A stretch of 61,467 bases of DNA, the filler included, from Actinomycetota bacterium (GTDB lineage: Bacteria; Actinomycetota; Acidimicrobiia; Spongiisociales; UBA4744): the NCBI GenBank assembly GCA_013152275.1. It is 6 parts of 6 records of this genome, joined end to end, with 100 filler letters (N's around TTAATTAATTAA, not from the genome) between each part and the next. Parts side by side here need not be neighbours in the genome. Positions count along the whole stretch, not along the records: positions 1 to 21,725 come from JAADGS010000012.1; positions 21,826 to 26,611 come from JAADGS010000088.1; positions 26,712 to 49,021 come from JAADGS010000098.1; 3 more parts are not named here. One strand, written 5' to 3'. Below are positions 20,006 to 29,761 of the stretch, piece after piece; positions within the stretch are counted from its first letter, which is position 1; every line of letters starts with the position of its first letter. The translations under genes and the position numbers were made by a program. The notes beneath the pieces are model-generated. The model was given only the letters and a program-made list of their open reading frames with translations. It had not been told where the DNA came from and did no database searches.

Positions 20006-21205
20006 CTACCCGCGAAACGTGTCTGCCCACCGTTGCCAGGCTTGAAGCCATGTTCGTTCGAGTGCGCCGACCGTCTCCGAGTGCGCCCGGAAGGTGGCCA
20101 AGTCATTGATGCCAGGGGTGTCACCGGTGACTGGCGGTGGTCGTTGCTTGGCTTCCCATAGCCGCTGCCACGCACGCTGGGTCGATCCGCTGGATACCTC
20201 TCGCCCCAGAACCCAGTAGGCGAGGGTCTCATCGATGGCCGCTTGTCTCAATGCCACGTCGCTGAACCACTCTGTCTTCTCGGCGAGAGAAGCGAGTTGG
20301 TTCACCATGGCGGTACCCGACTGTCTCGCTCGCTCTCGAGGTTGACGGGCAAGCTGCATCTGGGCTCGGATGGAGGCCTCCCACAGACGACCCATGTCGA
20401 CCACGGGGTGGCGACGCGGGCTGGGCGGTCGCCCCCGGCGAAGCTCGCCGGTCAGCCAGGCTCCCTCGACAAGTACTGCCTCCACAAGTGCCCGGGGCGC
20501 CTCCAGCCCCACGGCCGGTGGTAGGTCCAGCTCCTCGGGTCGCTCATAGGGGTGGGCGGCGGCCAGAGCGGACAGCAACTCCGCCCGCCCTTCCCAATAG
20601 GGGACCAGATCCTCGACTCTTCGCAACGCTATCCCCGCACTCGACACACCCCGCCCGACGACCGTGACCGTCACAGAACGCCGCTCCGTGTCCGATCGGA
20701 CCTCGGCCTGCAACGCCCACAGCACCCCCTCCCTCCGCAGAAGCGCATCCAGCTCCACGCCATCAACGATCAGCACCACCACTGCCACCTCATCGGCCCG
20801 CTCAGGATCGGGTTCGTTCACCCCGGCGTGGTCGAACAACCGGTCTCGCTCATCGGCCAACACCTCTGCCGGCCCCGGGGGCTCTCCGACCGAAGTCGTT
20901 ACACCGACCCATGGGCCCCCGGACGCGACCGCATCGCCATACACGAGCGAGATCGACACCCATTCCCCATCCGCCTGGTGGGAGTCTGCCAGCGCTCTGG
21001 CGGCCGGCTCCGGTGTCACCAGCTCGAACACGGGGAACACAGGCAACGCGAACAGCTCGTCACGCTGTCGGCGCATCCGCTGTCGAGCCTGTTCGACGAA
21101 CGCCGCATGTTCGGGATCCGGCGGCAACGACTCCATCACCACAGCCTGCCACGTTCCCCAGCACCGCACAACGACGATCCACCACGGCCGGCCCTCCTCA
21201 GACAC
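20006..21205 (-). CDS. Hypothetical protein (399 aa)
   Basis: Long ORF with protein-like composition; no recognised motif; start uncertain. Confidence 0.55.
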   Translation of the reverse strand: MSEEGRPWWIVVVRCWGTWQAVVMESLPPDPEHAAFVEQARQRMRRQRDELFALPVFPVFELVTPEPAARALADSHQADGEWVSISLVYGDAVASGGPWVGVTTSVGEPPGPAEVLADERDRLFDHAGVNEPDPERADEVAVVVLIVDGVELDALLRREGVLWALQAEVRSDTERRSVTVTVVGRGVSSAGIALRRVEDLVPYWEGRAELLSALAAAHPYERPEELDLPPAVGLEAPRALVEAVLVEGAWLTGELRRGRPPSPRRHPVVDMGRLWEASIRAQMQLARQPRERARQSGTAMVNQLASLAEKTEWFSDVALRQAAIDETLAYWVLGREVSSGSTQRAWQRLWEAKQRPPPVTGDTPGINDLATFRAHSETVGALERTWLQAWQRWADTFRG

Positions 21206-21725
21206 TCTGGGCCGGAGTCACTCGACCCGCTGCCGCAGGCCCACCGGAACCGCCCACAACCTCCGTTGGATCAACAGCGACGGAGAGCGCCGCCGGTCCG
21301 AGGACGACCCCTGCAACGACTTCGGGCCACCCTCGCCGTCATCATGCGCTCCTCGTCCGCGTAGCCCTGATGGAGGCCCCGATGAAGAGCAACGTGATGC
21401 CTGGTCTTTGGAACCCTGATGGCGCAGATCAACGATGCCTTGCTCGATTGGCCAGACACACTCGTCGAGTATCCGGAACCGGCATGGAGGGTACGTAGGG
21501 CCCTCGAAACGCTCGGCCCCTCGGTGACAGGTCGGGACATGGACGGCACCATCGACCGCTTCCAGTGGGCAGAGCGACACCCGCAGTTGTAGGGCGTATG
21601 AGGAACCGAGGACCGTTTGGCCGAGACGCATCGGTCGGCGCACGCACTCTGGTTCGAGCAGGCCAGGCCCGACCCAGAACTGGCCAACGGCCTCCACACA
21701 ATCCGGTGCGACATCGCCGGCGAAC

Positions 21726-21825
21726 NNNNNNNNNNNNNNNNNNNNNNNNNNNNNNNNNNNNNNNNNNNNTTAATTAATTAANNNNNNNNNNNNNNNNNNN
21801 NNNNNNNNNNNNNNNNNNNNNNNNN
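21726..21825. other. Artificial scaffold linker (N-run with TTAATTAATTAA)
   Basis: 100 nt, six-frame stop core. Confidence 0.97.
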
Positions 21826-21976
21826 CGGGGTCGGTTCTCGCGACCACATCGCGTCCACATGATGCTGAGAAACACCGAGAAGAGACGCGAAATGATGAGA
21901 GCCGGAAACCCATAGTGCACAAGGCTTCTCGTCCTATCACCCCGATTCTGCGCAGACGGACCAAGGCCTCCAGAAA

Positions 21977-22023
21977 CCTTCACACGGCAGAGGTCACTGG
22001 TTCGATCCCAGTAGCGCCCACCA
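21977..22023 (+). mobile_element. 3' fragment of tRNA-Val(CAC), probable att core of an integrative element
   Basis: CC-TTCACAC-GGCAG AGGTC ACTGG-TTCGATC-CCAGT AGCGCCC-A-CCA: anticodon loop, T-arm, 3' acceptor strand and CCA present; D-arm and 5' acceptor strand (GGGCGCT) absent upstream. Confidence 0.85.
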
Positions 22024-22033
22024 GAGAACGCCC

Positions 22034-22132
22034 TTACAGGGCATGATGATTCTGGTTCTCGGAGTTCATCGACACGACGTTTGAACCGTCGGGTGTCCGT
22101 CTGGTGTCCGTCAGAGCCCCGGATCGGAGCTT
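22034..22132 (-). pseudogene. Relic of a tyrosine integrase C-terminal tail
   Basis: Translates KLRSGALTDTRRTPDGSNVVSMNSENQNHHAL*, collinear with RLRAEARTDAGRAPEGSNVLSMNTDAPGRHSL* of the integrase ending at 25555. Confidence 0.75.
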
Positions 22133-22336
22133 GCCGGACTGGGATTATGACTAGCGTCGGCCACGCAGGCATCCTGATGTGGGCGACTGCACGACAGCGA
22201 AATGCGGCGATGAGGCTGGATGGCCTATGCCTGCCGGACGTGAGTGCTCTACCCGCCCAGCATACGGGCTCGAGTCGATCGGGGTACCCAGCGTGCGGCC
22301 TTCCCGAAGGGCTCGCCGTGAAAAGAGGAGACGCAG

Positions 22337-23170
22337 ATGCCGCTAGACGGTCGATTCCCAATGTATCCAGGGCGCGCCTGGGGATTCCTCTACGGACGTG
22401 GTCCTTCGACAGTGGTGCTCTGGGTCGAGGAATCCCCCCTTGCATCTTCGACGCCGGAGGATCTGGAGACCTTCGTGCAACTGTTCGATGACATTCGCCA
22501 ACGTGTTCGACCGCCCAACATGGCGGCAACTCATGACGCGATCGTCTCGGCTGGCTGGGAGGACCGAGGAACACTGATGTACCAGGTCAAATCGGGCCTA
22601 CTTCTCGTCGATGCAGCTGCTCTTGCGGAGATGGCTGACGAACTGTGGCATGAGCGGGAGGGAATCCTGGCAGAGGCCGGTGGCCGTCATCCGGAGAGTG
22701 GAAGTGAGGTTTGGGCTCAGTGGGTCGCCGTCACAACACGGCGCAGCGCCACGGTGCGGGGTTCTCGGGCTCTTGCCCTGGCGGCCGTGGAGGCCCTAGT
22801 CAACGAGCTGCTCGCTGCTCAACACCCGGACGAATACGCTGCCTGGGAGATCAAGAAACGCATGGGGTTTCGCCAGAAGCTCGTGAGCCTCCTCGGACTT
22901 CACGGTATGGATCCAGACGACGTGCCGTGGTTCGAGGCATTAGAAGAACATGCACAGCTGCGCAACAGCATGATTCACCACCGGCCTGGATGGATCGTCG
23001 ACGACAGCGACGCGCATTCTGTAGAGCCCAACGATGACATGACTCAGGAGAGCCTGACCGAGACCCTCGAAGTCGTTCACCAGGCGATCGGTGGGTTGTT
23101 TGCGCTCTACGGAGCGCAAACCCCGGAGACGCACCGTCCTGAATGGCTCAGACGTACCGCCGGATGGTGA
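22337..23170 (+). CDS. Hypothetical protein with HEPN-like RxxxxH motif
   Basis: GAGGAG RBS; helical C-terminal half with AVEALVNE and LRNSMIH. Confidence 0.6.
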   Translation: MPLDGRFPMYPGRAWGFLYGRGPSTVVLWVEESPLASSTPEDLETFVQLFDDIRQRVRPPNMAATHDAIVSAGWEDRGTLMYQVKSGLLLVDAAALAEMADELWHEREGILAEAGGRHPESGSEVWAQWVAVTTRRSATVRGSRALALAAVEALVNELLAAQHPDEYAAWEIKKRMGFRQKLVSLLGLHGMDPDDVPWFEALEEHAQLRNSMIHHRPGWIVDDSDAHSVEPNDDMTQESLTETLEVVHQAIGGLFALYGAQTPETHRPEWLRRTAGW

Positions 23171-23377
23171 TGATGGAGCATCTAACGTTGAGGTTCGCTC
23201 CACAGAGCGACTAGGTCCCGTCACGCCGTGGTGGTTCACAGCACAGATCACCCCACCTGGTCCTGTCAACGCTTCGAACGCCGAAGGTCCGGGATCAGCT
23301 CATCCTGAGCGCATGGTCTTTCGCTTGATGGCGAATACCGTGGGTCGGGTCGATCAGTCTGGCGGATGGCCCCTGAA

Positions 23378-24505
23378 TCACAGGAAGTTGACGTATCGCC
23401 ATCGTAGGCGGTCAATGAACTCGAGGTAGACGAGAGTGGTGGTGAGTACGTTGAAGGACAGACTCCCTAGGCCCTGTGGCACGTGAGCGAGTGGGTCGAG
23501 CGTTGCACCCCATCCCCCGAACGGACTGCCGTCGGAGAGTTCCGGCGCATTGAAGAAGACCAGGGCCGTCTTGATGCCCAGGTCTCGGATCCCTGCCACG
23601 AGCTCCACCGTCTTAGCAGTCGGGCGCGGCGACCCCAGTGGCTCGGAATGGACAACGACGAACACGTCGCCTTGAGCATGTTCAGGAGAACCCTCGATCC
23701 GAAAGCTGCTTCCGCGGTCGTACCCGAACTCCGTGAACAGGGGACTGACCCACTCGTAGGTCAGATGCAGCGTGCCAACCATTGCTAGAACGCGACCCAC
23801 ATCGTGATCGAGGGTCTCCTGAAGGGGCACCTCCCGAGATTGCTGGAATTCGTGGGCCTCCAAGAGGGAGTCAACGAGAGATTCGAAATCGGCAGCAGCG
23901 AGAGGTTCCATCTCACTCCGAAGTGGGTCGTGGCGGTGTCCCAAGGGTCGGCCGCGAAAGGCCGGTCCGTCCACGCGTATGCTCCTATGTCGGGGCATCC
24001 GTTCGAGTGCCTCCTCTAATGTCGACGTCGCGCGGATCCGAAGGGTCATCTCTTTCTGGCCCTCATCGGCCTTTCGGGCAAGAGTTTCAAAGCCACCGAT
24101 GCGATCGACGAGCTCCCGGACGTCTTCGGCAAGAAATGCATCAGCCGCCTCGATGTAGACCGCTAGGTACACCGGCTCGGGGGAGCCGTACCAGAAGCGC
24201 ACGTGGTCCAGTGAGAGACCGCGCACCGCGATGTCGCTCTGATCTTGAGGATCAAACGCCTCGAGGGTTTCCGTCCGGATTCCTTTCGCTTGGATCCACA
24301 CGCGCACCTGGCTCACAACCGGGTCAGCCGCTAAGGGCCTTTCGTAGAGGTGAAGGCCGAGATCAAGCGAGGCGCGATCATCTGGGTATTCCGGCAGTAG
24401 GCCGTGGGCCGCGAGAAGCGCCTTCAGCTTGCTTCGATACTGCATCTCGAACGCGTCGTGAGCGCCTACTCGCACCATGAACGCATATTGCCACGAACTG
24501 GCCAT
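23378..24505 (-). CDS. DUF4365-like PD-(D/E)XK nuclease-domain protein
   Basis: DRASLDLGLHLY...VWIQAKG...W....EPVYLAVY pattern. Confidence 0.7.
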   Translation of the reverse strand: MASSWQYAFMVRVGAHDAFEMQYRSKLKALLAAHGLLPEYPDDRASLDLGLHLYERPLAADPVVSQVRVWIQAKGIRTETLEAFDPQDQSDIAVRGLSLDHVRFWYGSPEPVYLAVYIEAADAFLAEDVRELVDRIGGFETLARKADEGQKEMTLRIRATSTLEEALERMPRHRSIRVDGPAFRGRPLGHRHDPLRSEMEPLAAADFESLVDSLLEAHEFQQSREVPLQETLDHDVGRVLAMVGTLHLTYEWVSPLFTEFGYDRGSSFRIEGSPEHAQGDVFVVVHSEPLGSPRPTAKTVELVAGIRDLGIKTALVFFNAPELSDGSPFGGWGATLDPLAHVPQGLGSLSFNVLTTTLVYLEFIDRLRWRYVNFL

Positions 24506-24779
24506 GATTGCCCCAGGCCCTCCCTGGGTGACACCGCGGATTAGGTGCCTCGGTTTGCGCTAGAACGACGCCACGGGGCGCACCGATCACCGAATCGCCG
24601 GCAGTATCGTCCAGTGCCGCGGGTGCGGGAGAACGGCACCTGCGGTGCTGCCGGCCGGGTTAGGCGCCGACCACGGATCGTGGCTGGCTGGCAAGCGGGG
24701 CTCTATTCTCTTCTGGGTACAGGGCCAGTAGCTTGGAGACAGCGAGGAAGTCAGGAGCCTGCATGTCAGTCGAGGCGAT

Positions 24780-25259
24780 GTGACCGACCATCCAACACTC
24801 ATTCACGAACGGGTTGACCTGGCCCGGCGAAACGCGAATCCGACCGTCATCTGCCGCATGCGATCAGGCTGGGCGGTGCTCGGCGACCACCAGTTCTTCA
24901 CGGGTTACTCGCTGCTCTTGGCCGACCCGGTCGTGAGCCATCTCACTGATCTCGATGACGCAACCCGTTCGGTCTTCCTATCCGACATGGCTCTGCTCGG
25001 AGAAGCACTCCATGAGTGCACAGAGACCTTCCGTGTCAACTATGAGATTCTCGGTAACGGCGACGCCGCCTTGCATGCTCACCTCTTCCCCCGATACCTG
25101 CACGAACCCGATCGATACCGCCGCGGACCCGTCTGGGGCTATCCCTTGGAACAAAGGACGAGCGTCGTATTCGACGCCTCGGTGCATGGCGATCTCCAGC
25201 GGAGCATCGCCTCATACATCACCCACCGACTGAGCCATCGATCGAGTCAGCAGTCTTGA
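24780..25259 (+). CDS. HIT family hydrolase
   Basis: GYSLLL, RVNYEILGN, LHAHLFPRY. Confidence 0.85.
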   Translation: MTDHPTLIHERVDLARRNANPTVICRMRSGWAVLGDHQFFTGYSLLLADPVVSHLTDLDDATRSVFLSDMALLGEALHECTETFRVNYEILGNGDAALHAHLFPRYLHEPDRYRRGPVWGYPLEQRTSVVFDASVHGDLQRSIASYITHRLSHRSSQQS

Positions 25260-25554
25260 TCACAGCAGCCGCTCTCGCCAGATATACGCCATATGCCCAC
25301 CGGGCTAAACCGGCCAGAACGGGATCTCTGGAATCGGTGCCGACGGTCGTTGAGCGAAGTGTTCACGTGTTCTTTCCGTCGGCGAATCACGAGCTTGAGG
25401 GTGCGCGGCCGAAGCGATCCACCTCGAGCTTCTCTCCAGGTGGTACGAGGTCGCTCCCGTGGTCTGGTCGTTCGAAAGCCACGCCGTGTCCATGTTCTCA
25501 GAGTCCGTCGGCGTGTCGGCAAGGGTGAGACCTAGCTACACCGATGCGAGCCCG

Positions 25555-26611
25555 TCATAGCGAGTGACGGCCCGGGGCGTCGGTGTTCATCGACAGGACG
25601 TTCGACCCCTCCGGCGCCCTCCCGGCGTCTGTCCGCGCCTCGGCGCGGAGCCGATCGAGACCCTCCATCGCGGCCTCGTCGATCCCCTCGTAGAGGTGTC
25701 CGTAGACGTCAAGAACGGTCCGTGTGCTCTCGTGTCCGAGCCGGTCGGCGATGTATCTGGGGGATTGGTTCTCGGCGATGAGCATCGCCACGTGGGTGTG
25801 GCGGAGGTCGTGTGGGGTGCACGGCGGACCGACGGAGGTTTCGACGGCGGGGTTCCAGTGTCGGCGACGGAATCGGTTGTAGTCGAGGGGTCCTCCCTGG
25901 GCGTGGGAGAACACGAGATCGGAGGCAGATGGGTATTCGGTGAGGTGGATGGCCAGTTCTTCGCACAGGAAGGTGGGGATGCCAATGGTGCGGTAGGCCT
26001 TCTTGGACTTTAGGGGACCGGCGACCATTCTCCATGACCCCTGCCGGCTGAGCTGCTCGTCGACGCGGAGCGTGCGACGGAGCAAGTCCAGGTCATCCGT
26101 TCGGAGGGCGGCGAGCTCGCCGAAGCGCAGTCCCGTGTAGGTGCCGGTGAGGATCAACGCTCGGTAGCGGGGTGTGATGGTGTCGGCGAGGAGGGTGATC
26201 TCGTCGGGGGAGAGGAACCGTTTCTCGGTCTGTTCGATCTTGGGCAGGTCGACGTCCCGGCATGGGGTGGCGGCGATGAGGCCGCCGTTGACGGCGTCGT
26301 TGAGAATCCTTCCGAGGAGCTGGTAGGCCTTGCGGATAGTGGCGGGGGCGTACCCGTCGGCGTCGAGGTCCGACACCCACGCTTGGACGTCGAAGAGGGT
26401 GATGGCGCCGATGGGCATGTCGGCGAAGGTCGGCATGACCAGGCTGCGTAGGTATGACTCGTCACGGGCTTTGGTCGAGTCGCGCCGGTTCACCCACCCG
26501 GCGGTCGCCTGCTGGGCGAAGTCGGCGAGGCGGATCCGTCCGGCTCGAGGGTCGATGTAGGTGCCGGCGAGTTTGCGGGCCTCGATGGTGATGAGGAACC
26601 GTTCAGCGTCG
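25555..26611 (-). CDS. Tyrosine recombinase/phage-type integrase, 5' end cut by gap
   Basis: Open frame to the gap (DAERFLITIEARKLAGTYIDPRAG); catalytic GLRFGEL, LKSK, HDLRH, LGH, VYGH. Confidence 0.93.
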
Positions 26612-26711
26612 NNNNNNNNNNNNNNNNNNNNNNNNNNNNNNNNNNNNNNNNNNNNTTAATTAATTAANNNNNNNNNNNNNNNNNNNNNNNNNNNNNNNNN
26701 NNNNNNNNNNN
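26612..26711. other. Artificial scaffold linker
   Basis: N-run with TTAATTAATTAA. Confidence 0.97.
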
Positions 26712-26940
26712 TAGGTGATGTTGATTCCTATCTCGTCGTAGAGGGAGCCTCAACGACGAGAAAGGAGCAACCATCCGCAGACGACGAGCAGTCGGCATGA
26801 AACAAGCACACCAGAACCGAATCGACTACGACACAGACAACCCGCCCAAGACCCGACCATGAATGCGGTTGGGAATCAGGCGACTTCTATCAAAGAGTCA
26901 GATACACCTCAGGGTGGCTCCAGTTACCATCCGAAGGCAG

Positions 26941-27351
26941 ATGTTGTTGCGCTGGGTCCTTGTCGCTGCCGGTGTGCTTGCCGCCTCATGGGTGGTGATG
27001 ATCGCGCTCGCACGCCGGCTCCCAGCCGGGCCGGCCAAGGATCTCGCCACTGTCCTTCCGGCCTGTGTGACCACCGCACGCCGCCTCCGTAACGATTCAC
27101 GAGTGCCGACACGAGTGAAGGCCGCGGTCGCCTTCGCCGGACTGTGGGTGCTATCACCGATCGATCTGATCCCGGAGTTCCTGCCGGTGATCGGACCACT
27201 CGATGACATCGTCGTGGTCGCGCTCGTGTTGCGCTACACGGCCCGACGGATCCCACCACAAGCACTCCTCGACGCGTGGCCCGCGGAACGACGAATCCTC
27301 GAACGACTCGCCCCCTCGATCGCAACATTTACAGAAGCGGGTTTTCACTAG
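26941..27351 (+). CDS. YkvA/DUF1232 family membrane protein
   Basis: VLSPIDLIPEFLPVIGPLDD motif. Confidence 0.85.
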   Translation: MLLRWVLVAAGVLAASWVVMIALARRLPAGPAKDLATVLPACVTTARRLRNDSRVPTRVKAAVAFAGLWVLSPIDLIPEFLPVIGPLDDIVVVALVLRYTARRIPPQALLDAWPAERRILERLAPSIATFTEAGFH

Positions 27352-27959
27352 TGGATGGCACGCTGTTCCTCTGGATCAACCGACTCGCCGACCGCACCGG
27401 TTGGGCGCATGGATTCTTCACCGGCTACGCGAGATATGGGATCGTGCTGTTTGTCGTCCTGCTGGTGGTCGCGTACCTTGACGCCCGGCACCACAACGAC
27501 CTTCGAGCACTTGCCGGCAGCATCTGGGCCGGCGGTGCCGCTCTGGTCGCACTCGGTCTGGGACAGGTTATCGGCAGTGCGATCGATCGTGCCCGACCAT
27601 ACGACGCGATGGCCGGTGTCCATCTTCTCGTCGGCAAGACAACCGACTTCTCGTTCCCGAGCGACCATGCCACCGCGGTCGGGGCCGTCGCGATGGGATT
27701 GCTCCTCGCGAACCGGCGCTGGGGTATCGTCGCCGGCATCGCTGCCGTCCTCATGGCCTTCGCACGCGTCTACGTCGGCGCTCACTACCCGGGTGATGTC
27801 CTCGCCGGGCTCGCGCTCGGCGCTTTCGTCGCAGCCGCCGGAAACGTCGCCGTCATGCCTCTGTTGAATCGGCTCGTTGAGCGACTCGGCCGCACACCCC
27901 TTCGGCCCCTGCTGACCAATGCTGCTGCGGGAACCAGTCCCCAAAACGATGCCGGATGA
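27351..27959 (+). CDS. PAP2 family phosphatase (undecaprenyl-PP phosphatase-like)
   Basis: RARP, SFPSDHA, ARVYVGAHYPGDV; GTG start overlaps the upstream stop. Confidence 0.88.
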   Translation: MDGTLFLWINRLADRTGWAHGFFTGYARYGIVLFVVLLVVAYLDARHHNDLRALAGSIWAGGAALVALGLGQVIGSAIDRARPYDAMAGVHLLVGKTTDFSFPSDHATAVGAVAMGLLLANRRWGIVAGIAAVLMAFARVYVGAHYPGDVLAGLALGAFVAAAGNVAVMPLLNRLVERLGRTPLRPLLTNAAAGTSPQNDAG

Positions 27960-28266
27960 GCCTGGGATTGTCAGACGCTCCCTTGTCAGGCGGTGGTTCC
28001 CGAATCCGGCCATGTAGGCGGCGTGAGGTCACGCTGCCACGGAGTACGACCCGGCGGTCCGTCGCCCAGATGATTGCCGGGTCTCTCCGGCTCTCGACGC
28101 CCCTGGCTGCGTCCTCGGTCCTTGAAGCACAGCAGAGGGTGCACCTTCGGTCCGTGCCCTTGCCAGATGACGCCGAGTCCGCGCAGACACCCTGACACTG
28201 ATTGAGCGACACACCGCCGGCGAGTGGCGCCGGCCGTGTAGTAAACGCAGGTATCGCTCCTCCGAC

Positions 28267-29746
28267 CTACCGGTGCTGAGGGAATCCCAGATCGACACCC
28301 CGATGGATCGGATCGGGCCAACGGCTGATCAGCACCTTCGGGCGCGTGTTCGGGACCGTAGATCGAGTGGTCTCCGAACAGGGACTGTTTCCAGCCGCCG
28401 AACGAATAGAACGCGAGAGGAACCGGGATCGGCACGTTGATGCCCACCATCCCGACGAGCACCTCATGCTGGAACTTGCGGGCCGCTCCACCGTCGTTGG
28501 TGAACAGCGCCGTGCCGTTGCCCCACTGGTTCTCGTTGACCATCCGGATGGCGTCCTCGAAGCTCTCGGTGTGCACCACGCCGAGTACCGGACCGAAGAT
28601 CTCGTCGCGGTAGATGGTCATGTCGGTGGTGACGTTGTCGAACAGGGTGGGCCCGAAGAAGTAGCCGCCTTCGCAGCCCTTCAGGCGGAGGCCGCGACCG
28701 TCGACGATCAGGTCCGCTCCTTCTTCGACGCCCGTGTCGACGTACCCGGCAACCCGGTCACGATGCTCTCTCGTGATCAGGGGACCGAGCTCCGAGCCGG
28801 CATCGAGTCCGGGACCGATCACGAGTCGGGCGATTCTCTCCTCGATCTTCGGAAGGAGCCTTTCGGCGGCATCTCCGACCGTCACGATGACCGAGATCGC
28901 CATGCACCGTTCGCCGGCAGAGCCGTAGCCGGCCGACACGGCGGAGTCCGCCGCCAGGTCCATGTCGGCATCGGGCAGCACGATCATGTGGTTCTTGGCG
29001 CCGGCGAGCGCCTGGACCCGCTTGCCTGCGCGCGTGGCGGTTTCGTAGATGTGGCGGGCGACAGGTGTCGAACCCACGAAGCTGATGGCTGCGATGTCGG
29101 GATGTTCGAGCAATCGGTCCACCGCCACCTTGTCGCCCTGCACCACGTTGAACACGCCGGCGGGTAGGCCGGCGGCCGCGAACCATTCGGCGGCGAGCAT
29201 CGACGCGGAGGGATCCTTCTCCGACGGCTTGAGCACGAACGTGTTCCCGGTGGCGATGGCGATGGGGAACATCCACATCGGAACCATCGCAGGGAAGTTG
29301 AACGGAGTGATCCCTGCAACGACGCCGAGCGGCTGGCGCACGGTCCACGTGTCGACGCCCGTCGACACGTTCTCCGAATACTCGCTCTTCAACAGGTGAG
29401 CGATGTTGCAGGCGAACTCGACCACTTCGAGACCACGGTTGATCTCACCGAGGGCATCGGGCAGCGTCTTGCCGTGCTCGAGGGTCACGGCGCGCGCCAT
29501 GTCCTGCTTGTGCCGGCTCACCAGCTCCCGGTACGCGAACAGGATCTGCTGGCGCCTGGAGAGCGAGGTCTCGCGCCAGCCCGGATAGGCCCGCGCCGCA
29601 CCGGCGACCGCCCGGTCGACCTCCTCGACGGTCGCGAAGGCAACCTGCGCCGATTGCTCGCCGGTCGCGGGGTCGTAGATCGCTCCGTGGCGGCCTGACG
29701 CGCTCTCATAGGGCCGGTTGTCGATCCAATGGGTGATTGTGTTCAC
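28267..29746 (-). CDS. mmsA: CoA-acylating (methyl)malonate-semialdehyde dehydrogenase, frameshifted near C-terminus
   Basis: ITPFNFPAMVP, FVGST, GAKNH, GSAGERCMA, EIFGPV, GINVPIPVP; the natural C-terminus TRPKVLISRWPDP..GVDLGFPQHR* lies in another frame after about 28348. Confidence 0.85.
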
Positions 29747-29761
29747 ATGCCACTCCTGCAG

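Noticed and set aside
21218..21725. ORFs before the first gap
   Set aside because: No consistent frame, RBS or motif; possibly degraded sequence.
21950..22023. Functional tRNA-Val gene
   Set aside because: 5' acceptor strand, D-arm and most of the 5' anticodon stem are missing.
25555..26611. Integron integrase
   Set aside because: Has a phage/ICE-type N-terminus and no IntI-specific insertion that I can recognise.
27986..28266. C-terminal extension/fusion on MmsA
   Set aside because: Product of the frameshift; the true family C-terminus ends at 28267 in another frame.
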